Below, one piece after another: positions 52,462 through 61,717 of a stretch of DNA of 64,000 nucleotides. The stretch's first letter is position 1. Every line of letters begins with the position of its first letter. The stretch comes from an uncultured Poribacteria bacterium (GTDB taxonomy: Bacteria; Poribacteria; WGA-4E; WGA-3G), in the NCBI GenBank assembly GCA_951813565.1, contig OX638351.1, positions 5,280,001-5,344,000 of the forward strand, read 5' to 3'. The notes under the pieces were generated by a model that ran no database searches, was not told the DNA's origin, and saw only the letters and a program-made list of their open reading frames with translations. The position numbers and the translations under genes were made by a program.

Positions 52462-53361
52462 TCACTCCCGAGGACCAGCACCGTCAAAACGTGTTTCGGC
52501 GATCGGTTCATAATTTACCGTTCCAAGAGGTTTCGTAATAATGTTTGCGTCATTGGAATCAAGAATGGTCTTGTCGATTACTTCATTGACACTTGTTCCC
52601 CACCAATTGTTGGGAATTCCAAAATCAAATTTTACATTTAACTTTAGCGCGAAATTGTTGTTTTCAAAGTTATTATTCTGAACGATGGATTGTACATTCT
52701 CACAGAAAATACCTGTATCATTTTTTATGATGTTATTTCTTTCAATTCGGGGTCGGGTTTGGCGACCTACGGTGCTAATACCGATGTCATTATCATGAAT
52801 TGCATTATGTTGAATTTTTGCGGTACTTCCATCCAGAGCAACTGCGGTTTCATTATATCGGAATGTACAATCTGCCACTGTCGGAGAAGTCGTTTTGATG
52901 TCAAGGGCAACCGTAGCATATTCTATTACTGTTCCTCTCAAGAAACTCTCGGAATCATGTGTGTGGTCAAATTGGATGCCGTGCCAATCGCCAATTCGTG
53001 GATTAATACTATTCGAAGTTAAGTGCACCGGTTCACTAAACGCCCCGAACACCAACGGCGTTCCTATTTTCAGTACTCCTCTTACATTGAGATGTGCATC
53101 ACGCCCAAATTTGACGACAGTTCCGGGCAATATCTCAAGCACAACGTTAGGCAATACCTCAAATGTTCCTTGCACAATATAGGTTTTCTCAGGTTCCCAC
53201 GTTTCGTCCTCTGAAAGTAGATAGTCTCTTAGAACGACTTCAGAATCGTTTTTGCCACCATTAACTGAAGTTGAATCTTGACATCCGCAAACCGTGAATA
53301 CAAAAGCGAAGATAAATATAAAAAAATATAGTTGAAAATGTAGTGCTTTCATTTGTAGCAT
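52462..53361 (-). CDS. Right-handed beta-helix repeat lipoprotein
   Basis: Lipobox VCGC; L.I.PGT.VKF, GDWHGI.F, N.I..N..GI repeats, NNWWG. Confidence 0.8.
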   Translation of the reverse strand: MLQMKALHFQLYFFIFIFAFVFTVCGCQDSTSVNGGKNDSEVVLRDYLLSEDETWEPEKTYIVQGTFEVLPNVVLEILPGTVVKFGRDAHLNVRGVLKIGTPLVFGAFSEPVHLTSNSINPRIGDWHGIQFDHTHDSESFLRGTVIEYATVALDIKTTSPTVADCTFRYNETAVALDGSTAKIQHNAIHDNDIGISTVGRQTRPRIERNNIIKNDTGIFCENVQSIVQNNNFENNNFALKLNVKFDFGIPNNWWGTSVNEVIDKTILDSNDANIITKPLGTVNYEPIAETRFDGAGPRE

Positions 53362-53448
53362 TTGTTGTTATTTAACAAATATTCTTCATAAAATTCGAGA
53401 TAGACTCTATTTCTTTAGCGCATTCGATCAGGTAAGTTGAGAGGTACA

Positions 53449-56013
53449 TCAAAGTCTTGGATCAACAGTTTCACTTTCAAGTGCTAATACGCCGAAAACA
53501 CACTCATGAACCTTTGACAATGGCTCCCGCCCCACAAACCGTTCAAGTGCCTCTACACCTAACGCAAATTCACGGATAGCAAGAGAACGCTTATGCGATA
53601 ACCCTCTTGCGCGCAAACGTTCTAAATTGTGGGGTAATGTGTATTCAGGACCATAAATTATTCGGAGATATTCTCGTCCTCGACACTTAACAGCAGGTTG
53701 AACTAACCCGCGCTTGCCTTTAACGATGAAATTCAAAGGTTTGATAACGATACCTTCACCACCCTGTGCGGTAAGTTCTTCCCATTGACAGATCGCAGCT
53801 GTTTCGCTCGCTTGGTCAGTTAAATTAACCGTGCCATACGAAGTAGCAAACAACATATTATCCTCAGAAGCGTTACAAAGTTTAGAAAGCATTTCCATGT
53901 GCCACACATGGTCTTTATCAAAATACACCGTGCCTTCCGTTGCCAACAGATGAAACGGAGCAAGTTTAATATCGGCAATAGATTGCACCTGCCAACAATA
54001 TTGCTGATAGGCTTTAACGTATTCGCTAACAGCAATCGTGCGCTGCTGATAAGTGTCCAATATATTTTTTACCTGAATCCCTCGCTTGTTAGCAGCTTCT
54101 AACGAAATCACTGCATCTTCTACAGCGACACGAGCAGATGTTCCAACCGGGGCATACTGTTGTCGTAATAACGCTTGCGCTTTTACTGACCACGGCATCA
54201 ACTCACAATCAAGACACATCCAATCAGTGTTTAAAGTTTCCCAATAACCCGTCCTATCTACTGCCTCCTTCACCTGTTTCAGTAGTTCAGTTTCCATCAA
54301 GGCGTCGTCAAAAAAGGGTCTACCAGTGCGCGTATAACAGACGCCAATTCTATCGTCTGATATGCTAAAACGCTTCTTTGCAGTTTCAGCACTTTGGCAT
54401 ACGATAACAACAGCACGCGATCCCATGTGCTTTTCCTGCCAAACAACTTGAGACACGCCCTGATTCCGATAGTAAGCAAAGCCTTCAGAAGGATGTTCCA
54501 GTAAGTTTGAAATTTTTGTCGTTTCAGTAGGTGACATTGTTGGAGGTAGATAGATGAGCCATTTAGGGTCTATTGCAAAACGGCTCATTACTTCAAGCGC
54601 TGTGATGATATTCTCTTCGCGGACTGTTACATTGTGATTTAAACGAGTGCTGATAACTCTCCGCCCTATCACATCATTGATGTCCAAGATACCTTCATCA
54701 ATTCGCTTTTCTGATGAAGTCTTGTTGTCCGATTCATCAAACAGTGGTTTAACAGGTTCGTAATATGTTTGGTGGGCAGCGATAGATACGAGTTCTTTTT
54801 CAGGATACCGCAATGCTGTCAAATTACCTCCGAAAACACATCCTGTATCAATGTTGATTGTGCGATTTATCCATTGCGGTTCAGCAACCGGTGTATGCCC
54901 GTAAACAACAGTCGCAGTCCCGCGGTATTCTTCCGCCCAATTAAGCCGAATAGGTAAGCCGAATTCATCTGTTTCTCCAGTGGTCTCACCGTAGAGAGCG
55001 AATTCTCGGACGCGCCCGGACGCTCTCCCTTGAAGCTCTTGTTTCATACCAGCATGTGCTACCACCAGCTTGCCATTATCAAGAAAATAATGGCTTACTA
55101 AACCCTCAATAAATTCTGCAATGCGAGTCTTAAATTCTTCTGATTCATCCTCCAATTGCGCAAGCGATTCTGCTAAGCCGTGTGTTTTAGTAACATTTTT
55201 GCCCCTGAGCGCGCGAGCAAGTTTTGTATCATGATTTCCCGGAACACAAATTGCTATACCTGTTTTGTGCATTTCCATGATCAGTCGTAATACTTCAACA
55301 ACCTTTGGACCTCGGTCAACATAATCCCCTACAAACATGACTTTTCTATTTTGTGGATGTTTAACAAGAGTCTCACCTTCTGTTAGATTTGAAATTTCAT
55401 AACCGAGTTTTGTTAGTAACGCAACAAGTTCATCAAAACACCCGTGAACGTCGCCGATTATGTCAAATGGACCTGTTTCATCTGTGCGATTTGTCCATAA
55501 AGGTTGCCGTTCAACTTGTGCCGCTTCAACTTCTTCTGATGAAGACATGACATATAAAAAGTTACGGAAACCTTCACGCTTAAGACCACGTAGCGATCTA
55601 CGTAGTTGACTGGTCTGGTTCCGAACGACATGCGGCTTAAAATCTCGATCTGGACGCACATCATTTCTCTCTTGACAGAGTTTTGCTGGCAGGTTAAAGA
55701 CAATTGCAGCAGTTAGATAATGATATTCCCTCGCAAGTGCATGCAGCGATTTTCGCGCATCAGGTTGAACGTTTGTTGCATCAATCACCGTCAATTTTCC
55801 GGCTGCGAGTCGCTTCGCAGCAATGAAATGCAACACCTCAAACGCATCAGTCGTGGCAGACTGGTCGGTTTCATCATCAGAAACAATACCACGACAGAAA
55901 TCAGACGAAAGGATCTCAGTCGACTTAAAATGTTTCTTTGCAAAAGTAGATTTACCTGAACCTGAAGCACCAATAAGGATCACAAGCGATGGGTCAGGAA
56001 TTTTGATAAGCAT
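53449..56013 (-). CDS. pnkp: Polynucleotide kinase-phosphatase-ligase of the bacterial Pnkp/Hen1 RNA repair system
   Basis: Kinase GASGSGKS; metallophosphatase GDVHG/GDYVDRG/GNHD; ligase EKHMGSR, EGIVIKP; C-terminal VDPRL. Confidence 0.96.
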   Translation of the reverse strand: MLIKIPDPSLVILIGASGSGKSTFAKKHFKSTEILSSDFCRGIVSDDETDQSATTDAFEVLHFIAAKRLAAGKLTVIDATNVQPDARKSLHALAREYHYLTAAIVFNLPAKLCQERNDVRPDRDFKPHVVRNQTSQLRRSLRGLKREGFRNFLYVMSSSEEVEAAQVERQPLWTNRTDETGPFDIIGDVHGCFDELVALLTKLGYEISNLTEGETLVKHPQNRKVMFVGDYVDRGPKVVEVLRLIMEMHKTGIAICVPGNHDTKLARALRGKNVTKTHGLAESLAQLEDESEEFKTRIAEFIEGLVSHYFLDNGKLVVAHAGMKQELQGRASGRVREFALYGETTGETDEFGLPIRLNWAEEYRGTATVVYGHTPVAEPQWINRTINIDTGCVFGGNLTALRYPEKELVSIAAHQTYYEPVKPLFDESDNKTSSEKRIDEGILDINDVIGRRVISTRLNHNVTVREENIITALEVMSRFAIDPKWLIYLPPTMSPTETTKISNLLEHPSEGFAYYRNQGVSQVVWQEKHMGSRAVVIVCQSAETAKKRFSISDDRIGVCYTRTGRPFFDDALMETELLKQVKEAVDRTGYWETLNTDWMCLDCELMPWSVKAQALLRQQYAPVGTSARVAVEDAVISLEAANKRGIQVKNILDTYQQRTIAVSEYVKAYQQYCWQVQSIADIKLAPFHLLATEGTVYFDKDHVWHMEMLSKLCNASEDNMLFATSYGTVNLTDQASETAAICQWEELTAQGGEGIVIKPLNFIVKGKRGLVQPAVKCRGREYLRIIYGPEYTLPHNLERLRARGLSHKRSLAIREFALGVEALERFVGREPLSKVHECVFGVLALESETVDPRL

Positions 56014-56074
56014 AATTTCTAAAATAAATTACCAACGGTTTCAGATCAATACAGCAAATAACTTTTCAGAGCCT

Positions 56075-57517
56075 TTAACTCTCACTAAACTCTCTTGTAG
56101 GAGGGATTTCTAATCCCGATTTATCACCACTCTCACGCGAAAACACTGCCATTTGAGTGGGTGAACCAACATTTTCATCCGTTGGTCCGATTGGATGAAA
56201 CGTAAACGCATAACCGAAACGTTTGGAAATATGTGACGCCCAAGATTGAAATTCTGTCCGTGTCCACTCAAAACGGTGGTCTCTGTGTCGAAATCGTCCC
56301 GCTGGCAGATTCTCAAACTTAACATTATATTCTACGTTTGGCGTTGTCAAAACAACAATTTGTGGGCATGCGAATTCAAATAGAACCCTTTCAAAGGCAG
56401 AAAGACGTGAGGCGTCTAAATGTTCAATTACTTCTATTACAGCTGCGGCATCGTATCCTTCTAAACGTTTATCTCGATAGCAGAGCGATCCTTGTAATAG
56501 GTTGAGACGTTGTTTCTGCTTTTCTGGTAATCTATCATAATGCAATCGCTTTTGTGCGATTTTCAGTGATTGATGCGAAACATCCATCCCCACGATCTCT
56601 TCAAACTGTTTTTCTTTCAACAGATTGCGGAGAAGTTTTCCTTCGCCACACCCTAAATCCAAAACACGTTTTGCGCCAGACTGTTTGATAACTTCAGTCG
56701 TCTTAGTTAAACGAATTTCGTTTAGACCGATACGGTCTTCAATTTGCTCTTCTTCTTGTGCCTGCACTGCATCATCAACTTCTGTCTCGCCTAATAGAGA
56801 GAGTGCTTGACGGGTAAGTCTACGTTGATATTTCAGGTAACGGTTAACAATAGACTCTTGTTCTGGATGATCAGAAAGCCAATCATTACCGTGTTTTAAT
56901 AGTTTTTCGATCTCTGCCTCGTCAACCCAATAATGTTTTTCATCGTCAAGCACGGGAATTAAAACATAAAGATGTTTGAGAAATTCACTTAAACGACAAA
57001 TTTTATCAAGTGTGACACTAAAATAACGACTCTCTCCCCAATCCGGAAACCGTCCATCAAGCACGTGTCGTTCGGCATGGACAGTATAGCCGAGTGGCTC
57101 AAAGAGGCGTCTCAAGAAAATTTCACCACCTCGACACGGCAATGTGGACAACTTTACACTTAAAGGTATTGGTGTTTCAACAAGTTCAGGACGATCTTTA
57201 CTTTTTCCAGATAGCGCGCTGCTAAAGACTTTTGCGATTGCTACGCTCATAAATGAGGAGGCGACATAAGGACGGTCATTGACATATTCGGCAAGCGCGA
57301 AATTATCCCGAACCTGTCCGTGATAGCGGCGCACCAGTCCAACGGAATCAATCTCAAGTAGTAATGCAGCAGTACATTTTTCCGTATTCGCTTCAGGGTA
57401 AAAGACGTGCACCTGTCCGAAAGCAAGGTCAAAAGTTTGAAGCCGTTCAGGATGTTTATGCAACAAAAACCCAAGGTCTGTCGCAGGAGAATAGGTCGTT
57501 GTGATTGTTAATAGCAT
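56075..57517 (-). CDS. hen1: 3' terminal RNA ribose 2'-O-methyltransferase
   Basis: MLLTITTT..PATDLGFLLHKHP, YVNDRPY, LDLGCGEG, EVIEHL, RHRDHRFEW. Confidence 0.96.
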   Translation of the reverse strand: MLLTITTTYSPATDLGFLLHKHPERLQTFDLAFGQVHVFYPEANTEKCTAALLLEIDSVGLVRRYHGQVRDNFALAEYVNDRPYVASSFMSVAIAKVFSSALSGKSKDRPELVETPIPLSVKLSTLPCRGGEIFLRRLFEPLGYTVHAERHVLDGRFPDWGESRYFSVTLDKICRLSEFLKHLYVLIPVLDDEKHYWVDEAEIEKLLKHGNDWLSDHPEQESIVNRYLKYQRRLTRQALSLLGETEVDDAVQAQEEEQIEDRIGLNEIRLTKTTEVIKQSGAKRVLDLGCGEGKLLRNLLKEKQFEEIVGMDVSHQSLKIAQKRLHYDRLPEKQKQRLNLLQGSLCYRDKRLEGYDAAAVIEVIEHLDASRLSAFERVLFEFACPQIVVLTTPNVEYNVKFENLPAGRFRHRDHRFEWTRTEFQSWASHISKRFGYAFTFHPIGPTDENVGSPTQMAVFSRESGDKSGLEIPPTREFSES

Positions 57518-57524
57518 TACAATG

Positions 57525-57690
57525 AATTGAGTGGGTTAATGTCATAGGTACCCACTACCTAAAGGTAGGGGCTTGTGCTTCCTTGCGACTGCGGTTTTCT
57601 CAGAGAGTTGACCGTCTTACTGTCGCTCCACTTTAGGCAGCCAAGCCTGCCCGTTTGATATTGATAGCAGCGTTGGTGTCTCGGTCGTGA
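57525..57690 (-). ncRNA. Predicted TnpB omegaRNA (reRNA) with 3' guide from flanking DNA
   Basis: Established architecture: overlaps the tnpB 3' end and right end; guide about ATTAACCCACTCAATT; boundaries approximate. Confidence 0.6.
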
Positions 57691-58905
57691 TGTGAACCAC
57701 ATTCGGGACATGTCCACTGCCTATCAGAAAGAGAGAGTTCTTTGTTATGGTATCCACAATCACTACAAGGTTTTGTTGTTGCTATCCATTGAGAGATTCG
57801 CACAAGTTTTTTGCCGTGCTTCGCACACTTCTGTTCCAATATCTGAAGAAACTGGTAGAAAGAATGGTCAGAAACTTTACGTCCCCATAATCGTTTCATA
57901 CCATCAAGGTTCAGCGTTTCAAAAATGAGTGTGTCAAACTCTACACAAAGTTTTGAGGCAAGTTTCCATTGCCAATCTTCTCTTTGTAGGGCAACCTTTC
58001 TGTGTTGCCTTGCCAAAGCACGACACGCACGATAATAGTTGTTAGAACCTTTGACTTTACGGCTCAGCGCTTTGCTCAAGGCTCGCAACTTTTTCAGTGA
58101 TTGTTTGAAAAACTGCGGAGATTGTATCTTGTTGCCTTCGTCGCTTGTGAGGAACGTTTTATTTCCATAATCAAACCCTGCGCTTTTACCTGTCTTGGGT
58201 TTGGGTTCGGAATCCTCAACATTCTCGCACGAAAAGCATATCCAATAGTCACCGCACCTATCGCGTTTGATTGTGATTGTCTTGATAGTTCCTTTGAAAT
58301 CACGGTGTTTGTGGTAGGAAAACCATGTATCTATACAATTGATTTTGATACGCTTATCTTCCAATGTATAGCCAGCTTGAGTGAATGTCATAGAATTGTA
58401 TTTGTGGCGGGGTTTGATTTTCGGTCTACCGACTTTACGCGTTGTTTTGCCCGCTTTTCGGTCTTCGATATTCTCAAAGAAAGCGTCTTGAGATTTACCA
58501 TAACGTAGGACAACGTCTTGAACAACTTGACTTGGCAAGTCCGCCCAGTGTGGTTTAGTTGTTTTTTTGAGTTTCGCAACATGTGCCTTCAGACGATACG
58601 CAGACAAATTTTTGCCGAACATGCGATAATACCTACGTGCCAAACGCATGATATGCACATGGATTTGCCACATATCATCAAGCATATTGCCGAGTTTGAT
58701 TGTGTTAGATTGGTGTTGAAGTTTGAACTTGTGAGATTTTCTCATTGACCACTTTGACCTTCAATATAGTCTTTTATCACTTCAAGAGTTACAATATAGT
58801 ATGATATATTATACCACATTGTGATTAGGTTGAAAAGTATATTTTAAATCAAAACTTTCGCCGTCTACATCCCCTACCTAAAGGCAGGGGGTTTGACGGG
58901 GAGTG
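57541..58905 (-). mobile_element. IS200/IS605-family element carrying tnpB only (tnpA deleted)
   Basis: Left-end hairpin 58871-58890 with inferred TTAG target motif at 58906-58909; right-end hairpin 57551-57571 ending TGAC; TnpA C-terminal remnant (VTLEVIKDYIEGQSGQ*) at about 58743-58793. Confidence 0.9.
57633..58745 (-). CDS. tnpB: RNA-guided endonuclease TnpB
   Basis: RuvC residues GFDYG, IFETLN, DRDTNAAIN; zinc finger CSDC...CPEC. Confidence 0.94.
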   Translation of the reverse strand: MRKSHKFKLQHQSNTIKLGNMLDDMWQIHVHIMRLARRYYRMFGKNLSAYRLKAHVAKLKKTTKPHWADLPSQVVQDVVLRYGKSQDAFFENIEDRKAGKTTRKVGRPKIKPRHKYNSMTFTQAGYTLEDKRIKINCIDTWFSYHKHRDFKGTIKTITIKRDRCGDYWICFSCENVEDSEPKPKTGKSAGFDYGNKTFLTSDEGNKIQSPQFFKQSLKKLRALSKALSRKVKGSNNYYRACRALARQHRKVALQREDWQWKLASKLCVEFDTLIFETLNLDGMKRLWGRKVSDHSFYQFLQILEQKCAKHGKKLVRISQWIATTKPCSDCGYHNKELSLSDRQWTCPECGSHHDRDTNAAINIKRAGLAA

Positions 58906-58947
58906 CTAATAGCGGATTCAAAATAGGTGCTTGTATCAGCGTTCACT

Positions 58948-58976
58948 ATTATATCTTGTTTTCTGGCTCATGTCAA
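58948..58976 (-). promoter_or_regulatory. Consensus sigma70 promoter facing tnpB and hen1-pnkp
   Basis: TTGACA (58976-58971) - 17 bp - TATAAT (58953-58948) on the minus strand. Confidence 0.8.
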
Positions 58977-59069
58977 GTTTTTTAAAAGGACATTTTCGGT
59001 TTAGATTTGACTATAAACTTCCCCTGTGGTATATTTAACCAACAGATACTAAAATAGAGGAATCAGAAA

Positions 59070-60524
59070 ATGTACACACCACAATATCCGGGTCCTAACG
59101 AAGATTTGCTTGAAGCGCAAGCGAGAGTTTGCACCGGCCCGCATCAAACACGTCCGTTAGGTAAGAAGTCTAATGATGGCCCCCAACCTGATGCTATCCT
59201 CGAAACTATTTTGAAGTCGTTGAAAGGGAATTTAGATGAAAAAGAGACGGTTTCGGAGGCACAAATGGGCGCGTTCTTTGTAGCGATGACGCTCCGCAAG
59301 TATTTTCCAGAGGCAACGCAATGGTCTCAAGCTGAAAAAGCAGCATTTCAGGAATACCGATCTACATTACTGTCACTTCTTCCCAAAGAAATACAATTTC
59401 TCATGAATCCTGAACTTGGATATGTTCCGAGAAATTTGACAGAAGCAATTGTTGTCAAGGCATTGGATAAGATACTGAGGGCAAAACATCTGAGTTATAC
59501 AGAAACCCGACAGATGTGTGAGGCTATTATTAGCGATGAAGTAAAACCAGCCCTCAAGGGCGCAGCACTTATCGGACAACGGATGAACCGAGAAACTTAT
59601 GAGGAAGTGCGGGGGTATCTTGATGCTTATTTCGGTCCAGAACAGGTTTCTCCAATTGATGTGGATACACTTACGCATTTCGGTCAACCTTACGACGGTG
59701 CAACGCGCTATTTTCGTCCGACGCTCTTTGTTGCAGCTGTCCGTGCAGCGTTAGGAGAACCCTCGCTCCTTCATAGTGTTGATGTGATGCCTCCGAAGAA
59801 TGGAGTCACCGAAGAATCCATTTTGCAGGCACTCGGGGCAAAAACTGATCTATCTCTTGAACAGACTGCTTCACTCATCACAAATAAATCGGTCGGATTT
59901 GGATATATCAGTCAGCGTGAGTATTCGCCTGGTGCTTATGGTGTCCGTGAGTTACGGGTGCATATCAAGAAACGTCCGCCGTGGGCTGCAACTGAAAAGG
60001 CACAACAATTCTTTACTGCCCGAAAAGCAAACTACATGGTGCTTGGATATTATCATATCGGTTATGAAAAACCCTTACTCCAAATGGCGTTGGAACGCGG
60101 ATTGCAGGCTGCAGTTGCTGTTAAAGGGGAAGAAGGCACGAGCCATTACGCACTCCGCCTCGGAAAACCCTCTACGCCGGATAGGATGGCAGTCAACTAT
60201 TCTCAGGGTTTCCGATGCATTAAAGGCAAACGTGAAGACTTTGCTTTGGATATTGATCCCAAAATATACGGGTTTGAATATGCTCTGAATCCGCGACCAG
60301 AGATTGTAACAGCAGGTGCCCTCGCAGAAGCCGGAGTCGCCGCATTATCAGGTGAAAAAGGACATATTTACGACAGGATTCTGTTGAACGCAGCTATGGT
60401 GGATTATCTGTTAGGCATCTGTCCTGACCCACACGATGCAATCAAGCGCACAAAGTCAGTGATGGATGATGGGAGTGCGTTGAGACATTTGCAGGCGTAT
60501 ATTGTGGCAAGTCGAGAATTATAA
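59070..60524 (+). CDS. Anthranilate phosphoribosyltransferase-like (TrpD/YbiB-like) protein
   Basis: AQMGAF, PYDG..R, PPKNGVT, WAATEK, KGEEG, LLNAA; fold similarity only, no trp context. Confidence 0.7.
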   Translation: MYTPQYPGPNEDLLEAQARVCTGPHQTRPLGKKSNDGPQPDAILETILKSLKGNLDEKETVSEAQMGAFFVAMTLRKYFPEATQWSQAEKAAFQEYRSTLLSLLPKEIQFLMNPELGYVPRNLTEAIVVKALDKILRAKHLSYTETRQMCEAIISDEVKPALKGAALIGQRMNRETYEEVRGYLDAYFGPEQVSPIDVDTLTHFGQPYDGATRYFRPTLFVAAVRAALGEPSLLHSVDVMPPKNGVTEESILQALGAKTDLSLEQTASLITNKSVGFGYISQREYSPGAYGVRELRVHIKKRPPWAATEKAQQFFTARKANYMVLGYYHIGYEKPLLQMALERGLQAAVAVKGEEGTSHYALRLGKPSTPDRMAVNYSQGFRCIKGKREDFALDIDPKIYGFEYALNPRPEIVTAGALAEAGVAALSGEKGHIYDRILLNAAMVDYLLGICPDPHDAIKRTKSVMDDGSALRHLQAYIVASREL

Positions 60525-60596
60525 TAAATTTAGTATGGGTAAAACATTAAAGAATCTGGTATAATATTGAAACGAAACTTGAACAGGAGGCATTCC

Positions 60597-61025
60597 ATGA
60601 ATAAAACGATTTCGTTGGACCAGCTGCCTACTCAGATTGAAAACTTACTACGAGCAAGTTGGGAAGAACAGTAGAGTCTTGTGCTTGAACATAATGGAAA
60701 GCCTGTTGCAGCGATCGTTCCAATGGGTGAGTATCGTAAATGGCATCCAGTTGAAGATGAAAATGCATTTGATTATGAACTTCCTGAGGATCTCCTTAAG
60801 GCTTATCATGAATTGCAAGATAGAAAGTTTTCTACTGGTTTAACACCTGAAGAGGAAGTCAAATTAGCACAGTTAGATAAAGAACTGGATGATCTGGATG
60901 ATACGGAAGCTGCACAACCACTCATACAATCAATGCAGAACCGAGCCCTGGCCCAAGAGGAAAATTGGGAGAAAAGATTTAAGGACGCGATTGCGAAATT
61001 GCGCGAGTTAAAGGAAGTGATGTGA
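60597..61025 (+). pseudogene. Phd/YefM-like antitoxin-domain gene with in-frame TAG
   Basis: RBS AGGAGG, ATG 60597, MNKTISLDQL...WEEQ-TAG(60672)-SLVLEHNGKPVAAIVP. Confidence 0.7.
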
Positions 61026-61033
61026 ATCAAAGG

Positions 61034-61660
61034 ATGGAGCCTCGAATCCTTCGACAGGAATCACCACCTGTGATGTGAGGCAGAGATGGTTATCGGAATG
61101 CTGAGTTTTATCTACGTAGAGACTTCGGTTCTCGCTGTGCTTATTGCGGCGTGATGAACAAGTGATGGGCGGTCCGCAAGTCTTTTGCATTGATCACTTC
61201 AAACCACGTAGTAGAGGTGGACCAGTTAACGACTACACAAATCTGTATTGGGTATGTATCCCGTGCAATATGATAAAACACGATAAATGGCCAACAAACG
61301 AACAGTTAAGTTATGGTTATCGATTCGCGGATCCATGTCGTGAACAGGATAGTGGCACTCATTTTTGTTGAATCTGATGATGGTTTACTTCATGAGCTCA
61401 CGCCTTGTGGTGAATACCATATCTCAACACTTCGCCTCAACCGCGCATGGCTGCAGCACCAACGTAGAACCAGAATTCACAAATGGTCACGATTAAAAGA
61501 AGTCTACCAATTACAGGAGGAACTTGAACAATTGATTGGAAATCGTTTAGAAGATGACACAACTCAAATAATGATGGAATTATTCTCTTTCTTATCCCAA
61601 GAGATTGAGGTATTGCAAGACGAACTAACGGTGGCTATTCCAATGTGGCAAAGATTATAA
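61034..61660 (+). pseudogene. HNH endonuclease gene with one stop and two frameshifts
   Basis: LRRDFGSRCAYC, IDHFKP, NLYWVCIPCNMIK, LRLNR; TGA at 61076, frameshifts near 61147 and 61362. Confidence 0.8.
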
Positions 61661-61717
61661 AGAATTTCGGCAATCGCCATGGACATATACACTTAAGGTG
61701 GAAAAGGTAAAATCTCA

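Noticed and set aside
57633..58745. Cas12f/type V CRISPR effector
   Set aside because: Flanked by IS605 hairpin ends and a tnpA remnant; no array nearby
60672..61078. Stop-codon recoding (Pyl/Sec or alternative genetic code)
   Set aside because: TAG and TGA end ordinary genes throughout the window, and the same locus also has frameshifts, consistent with decay
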